Source: Takakia lepidozioides (Eukaryota > Plantae > Bryophyta). From it: a DNA stretch of 64,000 bases. The stretch is taken from positions 7,812,001 to 7,876,000 of the forward strand of contig CM060734.1 in assembly GCA_030704615.1 (NCBI GenBank), written 5' to 3'. Positions 10,975 to 24,396 of this stretch are shown piece by piece. The first letter of the stretch is position 1. Every line of letters begins with the position of its first letter. The notes beneath the pieces were generated by a model, which was not told the origin of the DNA, searched no databases, and saw nothing but the letters and a program-made list of their open reading frames with translations. The translations under genes and the position numbers were made by a program.

Positions 10975-13228
10975 GTGAGGGCAAGGCTCCAAATCCGCCT
11001 CTGTAAGGCCCAAGCCTGTAATTGCTGCTCTTCCCAACATCAATGGTTGTGCTCCTAAGTCCAACAAGACTCGCAATGGCCTATACCTCCCCCGGGCTGG
11101 GCCACCCAACTGAAACACACCATCCTGATTGTCCACCAGGACTACCCCAGGAGTCACCATACTGCGCTCAATGGCTGGCCTAGCTGGCAATTCCTGCAAC
11201 CTTGCAGCTGCCGCTTGCCATGGCGCAGCTATGGCTGTCTTCACCCTTGAATCCAGGGCATTCATGCATTGCATCTTATCTGCTATCCCCGGAGATAGTG
11301 CCGATGCATCACCACTCTCACAGAGTGCAGCTGCCAGTCTAAACACTGCAGCTGGCCGCATCCCCGACATTGCAATTGTCGTGGCAGAAAACAATGAAGC
11401 TTGGCAAATTGCCGTAGCCGCCCCCAACAATGTACTGGCTGCACCTTGCTTTGCAGTACCACCCACTGGCATTTCTTGAGCCATACCAACTCTCCACAAT
11501 GGCACTCGTGGTTCTACCTCTAACACACTTGGGCGAGCGGGTGCCATCGATGGCATAGTTGGCACTGTCTCAGCCAATGTGAAAGATTGTGGAAGCCTTG
11601 TCTACCGACTTGTTTCCCCTCTTTGTGGATCAAAATCCACATCCGCTCCTCTTGGCTCAGGAGCACGCGTTGCTGCAGAGTCCACATGCAATGGTCCTGC
11701 AAGTACGGCTCCACACATGAAGCCCATACCAATCTGGTCTTCCCTAGGCATAGGAGGTTGTGCAGGTGGGGCTTGAACCTCAGGCCTTAGAGCTGGCGCA
11801 ACATGAGTAGTGGCCATGGTAGCAAGACGTTGCTCTAGCTGGGCAACCTATCTACCATGTCTTGGTCATGACCTTGACTGTGACCCTGTGCTCCTTGGTT
11901 TTGGTTACGACCTCCACCACGACCTCTGCCTCCTCTACCTCTCTAGACTACATTGCCTCGTCCTCGGCCACCATTGTTCCCTTGGAACTGGCCTGGCCGT
12001 AGCTCAGGATGCAAGTCATAACAATGAGCCTCTTCATGCCCACATTGTAGTTGTGTAGGCTGTGCCTGTGCCGGCCCTTTGCCTCTCTCCGGGCAATCTC
12101 TCTTAACATGGGGTCCTCCACAATCCCAACATGTCACACCCGACTGTTGTTGGCCTGAGAATGAAGGAAGTGACCTTTGCAATTGAGATCCTCTCGGCCC
12201 TTTCCTGGCTTCGCCTGAACCCCCTTGTTGCCTTGAGCACGTTGGGGTAGTGGTTGTTGTTGGCTAGGAGCCCCACTTCGTTGTGTCTCCTTACCAAATC
12301 CCACCATGACCACTCGCTCCTCCACCATATTGAGCTCTATCCGCTCTGCCAGCAAAAACACATTTGCTAAGGTGGGTTGGGCCACTTGTAGGAGAGTTGC
12401 ATCCCGCACCCTTCTCCTCAGCTCTTTGTCCAATATCCCATACCAGATTTGGACTGCCTGAGCTTCTGTAACCCCTTGGGTTACATTTATCAAGCGCCTC
12501 ATGCGAGTGTAAGCCTCCCTTAAACTCTCGGTAGGCTTTCGTTGGAACTCTTGCAAGCTCCGCAATTTCCCCGTCCTTATCCCCTGGTTGTTTCTCCTTA
12601 ACTCCTCAAAGAACTCCACAACTGGGTTAAAGGCAGGCACGGGTGTTGGTGCTGCAGCAGGAGCTTGGGTGGATTTCCCAGCTCCTATTCCACTTGACGT
12701 CCCACTGCTGCTTGCAGAAGCTGCCGGTGTAGCTGCCAGTGTCACCACTGCCCTTGTGCCTCTAGTGATGGAGACATAGTCAGGTGACCAATACACCCGC
12801 CATTCCTCAATCTCCACCTCATGTCCCCGCCTAAACTCATGGTAATCATCCATGGGCGGCCCCTCAAGGTGCTGAAACAGCCCCTTCCATGCCATAAAAG
12901 GCGTAAACAGTTGTGGATTGCGCATCTGCTGCAAATCACACCAACTGTCAACCTCTTGTATGAAGTCATCAAGCTCGATGGTGCCCACAACTCCAGAGTA
13001 CCTACGTGGCCCCTTGGTAGCTCCGTACATCTCCTCCATCGTGTCCCACAACAATGGCACGGAAATGACTTGCACCCTCGGCGAGAATCCTCCTGACTCC
13101 GAGTCTGAACCTTCCTCAGAAGACACTGAAGGTGAAGGTGGCCTAAACCACACACCTCGTCTTGTATACCCACTAGTATCGCTGGTGCTCGTATCGGCAC
13201 TCTCCTCAGCAACTGGTGGCACCTCCGT
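10975..13228 (-). pseudogene. gag: gag + partial protease of copy B
   Basis: ORFs 12134-13222, 11943-12182, 11602-11817 and 10960-11577 are homologous to copy A gag/PR; CWDCGGPHVKRDC knuckle. Confidence 0.9.
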
Positions 13229-14014
13229 GATGAAAACTCACAACCACACCTGTTGTAAACCTGTTTCTAATCCCCATTTCCACAAGGTAACCGGGTAGAG
13301 AACCTGTTGCGGCTTATGGCTTAGACTACTAGGTTCGTAACATAAACCTGCACCTGTATCCACCGCAAGCACTCCTATGGTCTGCTGGTCATCAACCCAG
13401 CCTCACCATAAGAGAAACAATGATGGTCTGACTGGTCATCACCCCAGTCTCACCACCGACAGCATGCTCTAGGATTGGCCGGTGATAAAATCCAGACCAA
13501 CCTCCTATGAAAACAAGCGCCCACACAAAACTAACATGGTGCATAGTCAAGCATGCATGTGTGGAGGGGATCCAAACACAAGAAAATCAATACAACAACT
13601 CCCCCACACCAAAAACACTCCACAGTGTCGCTCCTGCAATAACACCCCAGCCCAAACCCGGACTGACTCTTGCCTCCATCTACGGAAAGGTTTTGGCCTA
13701 CAGAGAGGGTGGAAGACTACAAGGAAGAGAGACTAAAGCAATTCCTATTACAGCATGCTCTCATCCCACTACCCTATCTCCACACTCTCTTGCTTGAACA
13801 ATAGACAAGACTACCTTTCAAGGGTCTCTCAAATAACTCTCCAGGAGCCCTCAAGAATTTGTCTCTCAAACAATCTCACTAAGGCTCCCAATCCTTGCAC
13901 GATGGGACTCCAAAACAGTACACCAAGGCCCCAAGAGCCTGCCAAAACTTAGCCCTCGAGGACCCCAATAGTCCCTCACACAAGTCGTCAAAGACTCCTC
14001 AAGGTCGCCAAATA

Positions 14015-14345
14015 TTGGCCTCCAAGGACCCCAAATAGTCCTCCAAAGAACTCCAAATGGTCCTCCAATGACCCCAAACAGTCCTCCAGGGATTCCCAAT
14101 GGTCCTCCAAATAGTCCTCCAAGGACTCCCAATGGTCCTCCAAACAGTCCTCCAAGGACTCCAAACAGTTCTCCAAGGACTCCCAATGGTCCTCCAAGGA
14201 CCCCAAACAGTCCTCCAAAGACTCCCAATGGTCCTCCAAACAGTCCTCCAAGGACCCCAAACAGTCCTCCAAGGACTCCAAATGGTCCTCCAAATAGTCC
14301 TCCAAGGACTCCCAATGGTCCTCCAAACAGTCCTCCAAGGACTCC
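14015..14345 (-). repeat. Minisatellite (~33-bp unit, GGTCCTCCAAACAGTCCTCCAAGGACTCCCAAT on +) in the leader of copy B
   Basis: Direct tandem repeats visible; same position in the element as the copy A array. Confidence 0.92.
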
Positions 14346-15966
14346 TCTATGTCACTATGTTCCCAATGGATTCCCAATAAACTCCCAAAGTTCCCAAAGT
14401 TCCATAAGAATATTCCAAAGAATATGCCATAATATTCCCCCAGTATTCCCCTGGGCCTATACGTATTCCCCTTGTATTCCCCTTAGGAATAGCCATTTCC
14501 CCCTTGGAATAGCCATTTCCCCCTCATAGAGTAGTTCATTTCCCCATAGGGTTTAGCCATTCCCCCCTAGGCTTTAGCCACTTCCCCCTCTATTTCCTTG
14601 AGGTTTAGCCTTACCAAGCTAGGGTTTGTGCTCCTTGGGGCTCCATGCTTAACCCCCTCAAGCATCCATGAATTCTATGGGGTACCAAGGCAAATTACCT
14701 TGATCTTCTTCACCTTAAGCTACTCAAGTTTGTCTCCAACTCAACTAGCAATGCATTGGCCACACAACAAGCTCAATTTCTCATTGGAACTCAAAATCAA
14801 CTTGTACCTCCTTTGGCAAGCCACCAAGCCTTGTCTCCTCCCAAGCCTTGGTCATTCAAGCTCCATTTACTTGCTAGCTCAAGAGCCACTCCTCTCAAGC
14901 TTGAAATTGCAAAGCTCAAGCCAAAAGCATGCTCCACACATGCATCACCTCATACACAAGAGAATCAACTTGCTTCCTTTACCTTCTAGCTCTCCTCAAG
15001 CTTGAAATTGGAAGCCACACTTGGGAAGCATGCTCCACATAAGCATCACTTGCTTGATCAACCATCCACCACAAAACTTAAGCCAAAAGGGAATGAATAT
15101 GTGAGCTTCACCTTCCCCTTCAAACCTCTTGAGCTTCCTAATGCTCTCCAAGTGTTTGCCCTTGTTGTCTTCAAGCCCAAGCCTATGTAGCTCCTTGGCT
15201 TCTCTTCCACAACATCCACACTTGAGCTTGCTTAACCCTAGATTGATAGTGACATGAGTACTAACAATCATTTAGTTGCTCTCCACAAGCCATGGCACAT
15301 ACCATTGACTCCATAATGCATAGAAATGATTATCAAACCCTAGAATCCATGCTTCCACACACACAAGACTTCCCTCTTGCAATCCTTGCAAATCTTGTGG
15401 CAACAAGCTCCTTCTTGAGCTCTCCAACACCTCCTTAGGGCAAAGCAATATCTCTCAAAGCCCTAACACCACAAGGATTTTCCTTTGCAATATATGCAAC
15501 ACCTTGCAACACAAGAGCTATCTTCCCAAGCTCTTCAATACACAAGTGCTAAACTAACCCTTACACTCTGCACTCACAAGCATAAGGTGATCTTCTTGTA
15601 GTGATAATGAAAGTGAACACAAGGGAAACACTCCACTCATGAATCCACTCAATCACATAAATTAAGTCAAGCCAAGGGCACCTTTGCTAAATGAATCCAC
15701 CCTACAAAGCCCTCACCACACTCTCACTCAATACCTAGAGCTATGGAGGTGGGAGAGGCTCATGGAGGCTCAACTATAAGAAGATGAGCCCTCCTCAACG
15801 CTCACAAGGGGAAAACCCATCCCCATGTCCCAAGTGAGGTTTGACACCTCACTTGGCATGTGAGACCATTGAAGTCCCAACACACAAAATACAAATATAA
15901 ATATCCAAAATGTCCTAGTTAACTAGAAGTAGGTAATTCTAGTTAACCATGACTAAAACTATGACA

Positions 15967-17810
15967 AAGTAGTAACCCCGAGAATGGTGCAAGCTTGTTG
16001 GTGACCAAAAACTAGTGAGTAAGTGAGCGAGCCGGAAAGCGACCAAGGAGTGGGGAGCTATTCCGGACTGCCATCTACCAAAGAGAATTTCCACTAGGCC
16101 TAAATTGGTGGAGGGTCTGGTGGGAGAGTAAAGGGGGACCGTTATGTCCCGGTGTGCAGCCGAAGCTCCAAGTTGGCCCGGCGGCCAGGTTGGGAGTTAG
16201 GCGCACGCATCAAAACGAATAACTATGATTTGAAGGGGAACTTACCGAAGTGAGGTGCGCGACACTTGATATCAGAGCTTAGAGTTCAGTACGCGATCGT
16301 CCTTGGGTTTGGCCTCATCATGGGGTCGGGCAAGCCAAAGCGAAAGCGGAACGGCCCGAAAGATGATTATCCTGGTGAGCCCGATGGGGGCGACGTGTCA
16401 CCAAAGCAGCCATTTGAGGAAGCGATGCATGCTTTTGAAAGCGAGGCCGCTCAAGAACGGGAGAAATCTTAGGAGTCGGAGCCTGAGGGATCCCTGAGAG
16501 CTCCGACAGACCAACAGATGCCTCCTCTGCCAGCAGCCTTTTGGAAGGGTTGTTGGCGCAGTTTGGCGGGACGTTGAAAGACATGTTGAGGGCGGCTAAT
16601 GCCACTTCCACTAAGGCAAAGTTTAAGGTGAAGCCTAAGGAACCCGACACCTTCGAGGGCGTCCGAAATCGGAAGGCACTCAACATCTGGCTCTTGGAGC
16701 TAGAGCAGTACTTCCGGGCGGCCAAGTTGAGTGACGAGGATCGGGTGGAAGTGGCTCCCACCTATTTAAGGGGCTATGCTCAACAATGGTGGCAGAAACG
16801 CCTTCACGACCGAGGTCCAAACCCGGAAACCTTGAACTGGAGTGGGTTCAAGGAACTGATGAAGAGACAGTTTGTGCCCCTCAACGCGTCCTGGCTCGCC
16901 CGGGACAAGATGAGGAATTTGAAGCAAACAGATGATATTCGGGGATATGTTCAGGCTTTCAATGTGCTGTTGCTCGAAGTTGCGGACATGGCAGAACCAG
17001 AAATGGTCTTCAACTTTGTGGCGGGACTGGCCCCATGGGCCAGACGGAAGTTGGAGGAGAAGCCACCTAAGACTTTGAATGAGGCAATTGAGAGGGCTGA
17101 ATGCTTCTCAGATGTCCCTAGGGGCGAAAGACAAGGCCGTACGGAGCTGAACCACAAGAAGACCTGGCGGGAGGGTGACTCCTTTCGACCCGAAAAGAAG
17201 TGGGATAGGCCACGCGATGACAATGGCACGTGGAAATCAAAAGGAGGGCCTTCACACGCCAAGACGACACCCGGTGCTCTGAAAGGAAAATCAGGTGCGA
17301 CGTCTTATGGCGGACAAAAGGCGACCTTCGATGGAGTGTGCTTTAATTGCGGGAAGCCCGGGCATATGGCTAAGAAGTGCGCAAAGCCCCAACAATTGAA
17401 CATGACTCGGGCGACCACAGAGCTGTCGGAAGAGTCCATCAGCCGCTTGGTGGAAACGGTGGTCGCCAAGAATTGCAAGGTAGGCAACTACTTTTGTGAG
17501 TTGTATCAGGAAATTGGCGCCCTACGTAAAGGAAGTCAGTTTTTGTTCGTGGATGGGATAATTTCCGGAACTACCATGTCGTTGTTGGTGGACACATGAG
17601 TGTCGCACTCCTTCATGACACCGACAACGGCATGAAAGCTGGGGCTCCCGACAATTGACGTGGGGGCATCTATTGAGGTGCGTTCATCCAAAGAAGAACC
17701 ACAATTGGCGACGAGGTTGATAATCGATGTTCTTCTTCAACTGGGGAGTTGGGAGAGACGTGAGAACTTCACCATTTGCGAGTTCGGGTTGATCACGGTC
17801 TCCCACATGC
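15967..17810 (+). mobile_element. Conventional Ty3/Gypsy LTR retrotransposon fragment (partial 5' LTR, tRNA-iMet PBS, gag, start of protease), interrupted by copy B
   Basis: LTR end ...GACA at 16264; PBS TGATATCAGAGC at 16267-16278 (1 mismatch to TGGTATCAGAGC); gag with CFNCGKPGHMAKKC; protease LLVDT* at ~17590. Confidence 0.85.
16320..17599 (+). pseudogene. gag: gag (Retrotrans_gag-like + CCHC knuckle) of the conventional Gypsy fragment
   Basis: KPKEPDTFEG...WLLELEQYF...YLRGYAQQWW...LKQTDDIRGYVQAF; stop at 16470. Confidence 0.85.
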
Positions 17811-17879
17811 AAGATAGACCTGTTATATTGTAGCACAGAAGAAGGACTAAAAAGATTTGCAACAATGGATCCATTCAGC

Positions 17880-19470
17880 TTGGCCTCTGCCATGACCTTT
17901 GCAAAGACACAGAAAAGACGATATTGCGATTCCCCGCCGTCGCAGACCTGTTGGGGCATCGCAATGTCGTCGTAATACCGTCGCAAGGCGACCCCTGGGA
18001 GTCGCAACCCCCTACATTTACAATATCTATAATTGCGGATTTTACGTAATGATTTTTGTTTTAGCTCTATTTTGTTCTGTGAATGCAAACCCCAGACCAC
18101 TACATCCATGGAAAAAATTGGACCAAACGAAAAAAAACAAAAAACAAAAACAAAACAAAACAAAACAAAACAAACAAAAAGAAAAAGAAAAAGAAAGAGT
18201 TTCATTCACTCATTATTGCGGAACTCTGTATGGAGAGTGCATGAAGTTGAAAAGAACTCAACTTGGGAGTGCAAATGAGGGAAGAAAATATGGTTTTCAG
18301 TCCAAATGATTTTTGTTCACTCCCAAAATTTGCACACGCATTGCAAACGCTGTCATTAAGCATATGGCTTGGGAACGGAATGAAACAAAATCATGTGCAT
18401 GTGCAAAAAATCATCATCCCACCTGAGGGGATGAGGAGGAGGATGTGGCGGCGGCCGTCAAGTTTGCTGGGATCGGCACCAATGGTGGTAGAAAGAACTC
18501 TGGCTCTGTTATACAGCAAGAGAGAAGGAGCACTATGAAGATTGGAAGAAGGGGATCAATTGACCCTGGCCTCTGCCATGACCTTTGCAAAGAGACACTA
18601 AACAGGGCCTCTCTGCAACTCCTGGACGCAGCCAAGGGGGAAATGGTATCCTTGCGACTCCCCAACGTCGCTGGCCTGTTGGAGCGTCGCTAGGCCGTCC
18701 TAGCAACGACGGGACATCGCAATACCCCGTCGAGCTAGGCGTCCAAGGGGAAATGGTGACGTTGCGACTCCCGCACGTCGCTGGAACGTTGTAGTACCAT
18801 CTAGCCTGGGGGTCTAGGATTGGGGATTTCTGGTACGTAATGATTTTTTTTTACTCAATTTGTTTTTGTGAATTCAACCCTTGTACCACTACATCTATTC
18901 CCAAAAAAAAAAAAAAAAAAAAAAAAAAAACTTTGCTCACTTTTTTAGACTCTCTATGAAGAGTGCATGAAGTTGTAGAGAACTTAACTTTGGAGTACAA
19001 ATGAGGAAGAAAATACGGTTTTGGGTCCAGATGACTTTTGTTTACTCCCAATTTTTGCACGTACATTGCACATGTTGTCATTAAACATATGGCTTGAAAG
19101 TGGAGTTTAAAAAAAAATTGTGTGCAGACGAAACGCAATATTTAGTCTCCACGACACGTAGTTTCGTTGAAATCTCGAATGACCCATTGACTGAACTTGG
19201 TTCAAGCTCATATTTGGTCCACATGTGCTTAAGTATGTTCAGATCACATATGCAAAGTTACAAATGACGAGCATCAAAAAGAAATATTCACCTCCGACGT
19301 CGTAGGCCCTGCATGAAGTTGAAGAAAACTCAACCTTGGAGAGCAAATGATGGAGGAAAATATGGTTTTGGGTCCAGATGACTTTTGTTCACTGCCAGAT
19401 TTTGCATGCACATTGCACACGCAGTCATTAAGCATATGGCTTGAGAATGGGAAAAAAAAGAATCATGTGA
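17880..19470. repeat. Degenerate local duplications (~700-bp unit x2 plus a third partial copy)
   Basis: GGCCTCTGCCATGACCTTTGCAAAGA at ~17882 and ~18568. Block GCATGAAGTTG...CAAATGA...TTTTGTT.ACT at ~18238, ~18965 and ~19311. Confidence 0.75.
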
Positions 19471-20779
19471 TTTCACAGGTCTACTAGATCCTTCCAAACT
19501 TCAAAATGATTGTCAGTTCAAAGCACACACCACTTTCTGGGTGGGGATCATGTCATTCGAGATAAGACTCACCGAGGTTCTGTAGAAGTTATCTGATGTA
19601 TCTAGATGTCAACGTTGTCTCCTCACAATGGATGTCTGCTACGACTTAGGTGATTATGTCAAACAACTCCCACAAAGGCAATGTCGTACAACTGGAGCAA
19701 GTGATGCAAAATGACACCAAGACTCTGCGCTATGTAAATCACATGGAGGTGGAAATATGAATGGGATATCCAGCAAATTACACCCATCATGTGCAAGTAA
19801 GAGAGCCGACAATTACTTAAATGCTCTCATTACAAACATGTACGTAAATATTTTTAGCTTATATTTATGGCCAGCATAGTGTATCTACGTGGTTTTGTGG
19901 AGGGAAAGAATGTGAATTAAATATGATGCAAGAGAGGCCAATTTACAATTGGTCTACATGAACATCACTAATCGCTTCGGTCGTTAATGCCATCCATTGA
20001 TTGTACTTCGACCAGGCCTGAGGTGGTCAAGAATTTTCAAACCCCAAAAAAACATCCAGGAAAGACACATAGGGATCAGGCATCCACTCAGTTACGTTCT
20101 CGGTCATCGCATAGGAACAAAAATGAGAAGTTGAAGACCAGCATCAGATGGATGTTGCTAAAATGTAAAGCTCTCATTATTGCATTTTAGAGGACTTTCT
20201 TTGGATAAAGCCAAATTTCACTTAGGGAATCCGTTGATCCGGAGTGTTGAAAACTTGGAGTGAGGCCGCTTCTCTTGTCTTTCTTGCATCTCTAACATGG
20301 GATACTCCAATGATAGTTTGGAACTGTTCGCAGTTGTGAGCATTGTTCTCTCCTTTTGACGATCCTGGTTTAAATTAGTGCAATGTAACCAAGCAACCTC
20401 TACATATTGAGATGTGCGTAATTTATGGCCCTTGGCTCGCTCGTGTCTATCCGTAGTGATTTATTTGTCCAGGGATGACATGTTCTTCCGCTGCAACAAA
20501 CTCGTTCACAAAATGCTCTTCTTTCGCTCCAATCCATTGGTCTTTTGAGTACAACCTCAGCGTAATACATTTGCACAAAGTATTGGCCGATTTTGGCAGA
20601 GGCTTTGTGTCCACACACATGTTGGAATTTGGACTTCATATTTTCCATCCAACCACGATCTAGGCTAATAACCACGATCTAATCGCTAATCGCTAATCGT
20701 TTCATCAGAGATCGTTTCAATGGCCAATCGCTAATCGATAATCTTTAAAGGCATTCACCTTTTTGCCTCAATTGTCCCA

Positions 20780-22830
20780 CCATTGATGACTGGGGTCAGA
20801 AAAGTATCCATTCCACAGCTTCTCCTCGTCTCTGTTACCAGTTTCTGGATACTTCCTTGTTGTCACATGTTGGCCGTATCATGTCAGTCACTCCAAACTA
20901 TCAAAGGTTCACTCAACCAGCTAACTTGCAGAATTCAACACGAAAATTTAGGTATGACTCTGATAACAGGGGAAACAGGCTGAAATGTGTTGAAGGTGCC
21001 TTCATTAACAGTGCCTTGTTCTATCAATTGTGCCGCTGCCGCTTATGTTTCCAGTTGACCATCTACCCACGCAGATTTCATGTAGCTATTGATCCACAGG
21101 GAATCAGAAGTAATCTTATGTTTGAAACCCGGTCCTCTTGGATGAATCTGGACCTCTATCCCTAGTCTTTCAGCTCACACTGACGGCGTGAAGTTCTTCC
21201 AGCAAATACCCCAACCCTAATGATGAGAGGGCAAAACAGACTGCCAAAAGGTTGAAGAAGGGTTTTGTCCTTGATCTTGTGTCATGACGCATGGAGATTT
21301 AACCGACCATCAACCCAAAATTCAACCTCGTGTGTGCTACTTGTGTCTATAGTCAGGTAATGTCGGATTGGTCGACTGGACAAGTGTTCATTCCACCGCT
21401 TCTCCTCATTCTGTTATCTATTTTTGGATACTTTCCTGCTGACACATCGGCAAAAACTTATCAAGTCACCCCAAACCACCACAGATCCACCCAACGAGCT
21501 AATTTACAACATTCAATATGCATCTCAGGGCCGAGTCTGATGAGAGGGCAAAACAGGCTGAAATAGGTGGAAGAAGAAGGTGCCCTCACCACATTGTCCA
21601 CGGACATATTCAAACCACTGCTAGCATTACAACGTCATCCATTAATCTCTTCCATATTGTCTCTGCTCTTGGTCCTGCAACTTTTCATTGCAAACTCACG
21701 ATAGTAGAATAGATGCGAAATGATAAGGTTGTGCCTCCTAAACCCTTCAGGCTACTGGAAGTGGGCACTTTTTCATTCAAGGTTACAGTACGTACTCTAT
21801 AAATCACTTACCTTTACACCATAAGTTGGTTCTAGTCATACAACAACTTTCTTCATTTAGTTGATCAATACCTCATCGAGCTACTGCTGGTCAGATGAGA
21901 CTAGAGGGAAATGAAATCATTATCCTCATCAGGATGCCACATATTTTGGGTTTCATACACTCTCAAGCTTGCTGGACTCATGCTGAGACATGTACAGTCC
22001 AGATCTTGGGGTAAGGAAATACCATGTCCAGATCTTGGGAAACGGGAAAGAAGTGGGCTGCTGTTCAGACAACACTAAAGTGGATCATGCACGTGCTAAG
22101 CATTTCAACACCTGCAAGCTGACTCTCCCAAAACCTTGTAAACATCAGGAAGCATACCAAATCATGGTACTAACAGGAGCCAAGAGCCCAGACTAGGTGA
22201 TTCTGACAAAGTGGGCAAGAGAAACATACACTTCTGAGATGGAGAACATCCTATCATAATACACTAAAACTGTCAACCATAATCATGGTTGACATCTCCC
22301 ACATACTTCCACCCAACTAACCCAGCTTACTTGCAGAATTCAACATGGAAATTTAGGGCCGATTCTGATAAGAGGGAAAAACAGGGTGAAATGTGTTGAC
22401 GAAGGTGCCTTGATTACCAGTGCCTGATTTTATCAGTTGTGTCGCTGCTGCTGCGGCATCCAGTTGACCATCTACCCATGCAGGTTTCTTGTAGCTATTG
22501 CTCCACATGGAATCATAAGTAATCTTGTGCTTGAAATCTGGCCCTCTTGGATGAATCTGGACCCACTCTCTATCCCTGCTCCTTTAGCTATCTCTGCCTC
22601 TGCACAAATTATGCACACATCCTTGCCTTGCTCCTAGCAGCTGACAATGACAGCCTAGATTTGTTCCAGCAAACACCCTAACCCTACTTATCACACTAGT
22701 TCATATGTTGACTTGCGCTTCCAACAGGCCTTCACTTTTTTGCACCAAAGAGCTAACTTGCAGAATTCAACCTGAAAATTTAGGGACGACTCTGATAACA
22801 CGGAAAACAGGCTGAAATGTGTTAAAGAAG
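20780..22830. repeat. Dispersed degenerate duplicated modules, possibly remnants of a PPR-associated gene on the minus strand
   Basis: ACTTGCAGAATTCAAC..AAATTTAGG..GA.TCTGATAA...AAACAGG.TGAAATGTGTT at ~20924, ~22329 and ~22756, with weaker copies at ~21500 and ~21220. Confidence 0.6.
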
Positions 22831-22834
22831 GTGC

Positions 22835-23870
22835 TCATAGGTCTCCAAAGCCTCCATCCCGCGTCCTTGCTGTGCATATCCTGCAATCATCGCACTCCAC
22901 GACACCACATCTCGTTCAGCCATACTATTGAACACTCCCTTTGCATCCTCGATGCACCCACATTTTTGCATACATGTCCACAAGAGTACTGTTCAGAATG
23001 ACATCGGGTACAATTCCAGCTCTGACAAGTCACCATGGACCTCTTTGCCCTTTTCCAGGGCTGCCAGGCTTGCACATGCATTGCAAATGCCATCAAACGT
23101 GATGTGGTCGGGCTTCACCCCTTCCGCCATCATTTGATCATAGGTCTCCAAAGCCTCATTCCCGCGGCCTTGTTGTGCATACCCCGCAAGCATCGTGTTC
23201 CACGACACCACATCTCGTTCAGCCATACTGTTGAAAACTCCCTTCGCATCCTCGATACACCCACATTTCCCATACATGTCCACGAGTGTATTGTTCAGAA
23301 TGATGTCGGGTACAATTCCAGCTCTGATGATGTCACCTTTGCCCTTTTCCAGGGTTGCCAGGCTTGTACACGCATTGCATATACAAACGAACGTGACCGG
23401 GTCTGGCTTTATCCCTTCCCACATCGTTTGCTCATAGGTCTCCAATGCCTCCATCCCACATCCATGCTGGGGATTATCCAGCGATCATCACACTCCAGAA
23501 CACGACATTTCGTTCAGCCATATTCTCAAACACTCCATTTGTATCCTCAATACTGCCACATTTGGCATACATGTCCCCAAGGGTATTGTCCAGAATGACA
23601 TCGGGTACAATTCCAAATTTGACAATGGCACCATGGACCTTTTACCCTTTTCTAGGGCTGCCATGCCCGCACACGCATTGCAAACACAACCCGGTCCGGC
23701 TTCACCCCTTCCCTCATTATTTGCTCATACGTCTCCGAAGCCTCTATACCATGCCCCTGATGTGCATATCCTTGCCCTTCCTGTATCATTTGCTCAAGAA
23801 TAGGTCTCAAAGCCTCTATCCCACGCCCCTGTATTGCATATCATGCGATCATGGCGTTCCATGATACAAG
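22835..23870 (-). pseudogene. PLS-class pentatricopeptide-repeat pseudogene
   Basis: RDVVSWNTMLAGYAQQGRGNEALETYDQM..EGVKPDHITF..ICNACASLAALEKGKEVH..NTLVDMYGKCGCIEDAKGVF; multiple frameshifts. Confidence 0.88.
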
Positions 23871-24029
23871 TTCTCACTGCTTCGGCTCGATACTAAGAAA
23901 ACAAAACTGATCGTAGCACGAGAGACAAAAGGAGGCTAAGTCCCAGCCCTCTATTCACGGCTGAACGTGGGGCAACCCTAAAGAAACTTTTTGAATTTTT
24001 TAACTTTTTGTCATGTCTATGCCTTAAAA

Positions 24030-24396
24030 TGCCACGTGTAGTGATGTCGTCACATAAACAGAGCTGTGAAACCTCATGTAGTCATGTAGTCATAAGCTTC
24101 TATGGCATGTCATCAATGTGTAGTAATGGTGTAGTCATTTAGTCATAAGCTTATGTAGCACTTGTTGATGTGTAGTAGTGCATATGACTACTAGTTAGAT
24201 AAACCAAGCCTCTGTTCTTGGTCAACAATGTTTGACCGCGGCTCCTAGTCATGTAGTAATATGTATGACTTCATGAGATTAAAATATATTAAAATTCGTC
24301 CAACAATGGGTTTTGTCACTCTGTAGTCACATATATAGTCATGGTTACCAAGGTTTATATCACCCGTAGTCATAAAAACGTTAATTTGTACTAGCA
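24030..24396. mobile_element. Possible CACTA-type terminal/subterminal fragment
   Basis: Clustered GTAGTCAT/ATGACTAC motifs in both orientations. The end reads TGCTAGTACAAATTAACGTTTTT on the minus strand, a degenerate CACTA-like terminus. Confidence 0.35.

Larger units (their letters stand above)
7857..15966 (-). mobile_element. DNMT-carrying Ty3/Gypsy-like retroelement, copy B (diverged subfamily; intact 5' end, 3'-truncated in the integrase N-terminus)
   Basis: Starts TGTCA at 15966. Its terminal region shares blocks with repeat A of copy C (GGGCTCATCTT...AGTTGAGCCTC; CTTGGCTYGACTTAAT). Contains gag 13228-11600, protease ~11100, partial DNMT 10970-10200, RT/RNase H 9800-8300 and integrase HEELGH at ~7900. 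Confidence 0.92.

Noticed and set aside
13866-14529. Long low-complexity ORFs (GGLFGVL / PPNSPPRT / LEDCLE repeats)
   Set aside because: By-products of the 33-bp minisatellite being open in several frames; no equivalent in copies A or C.
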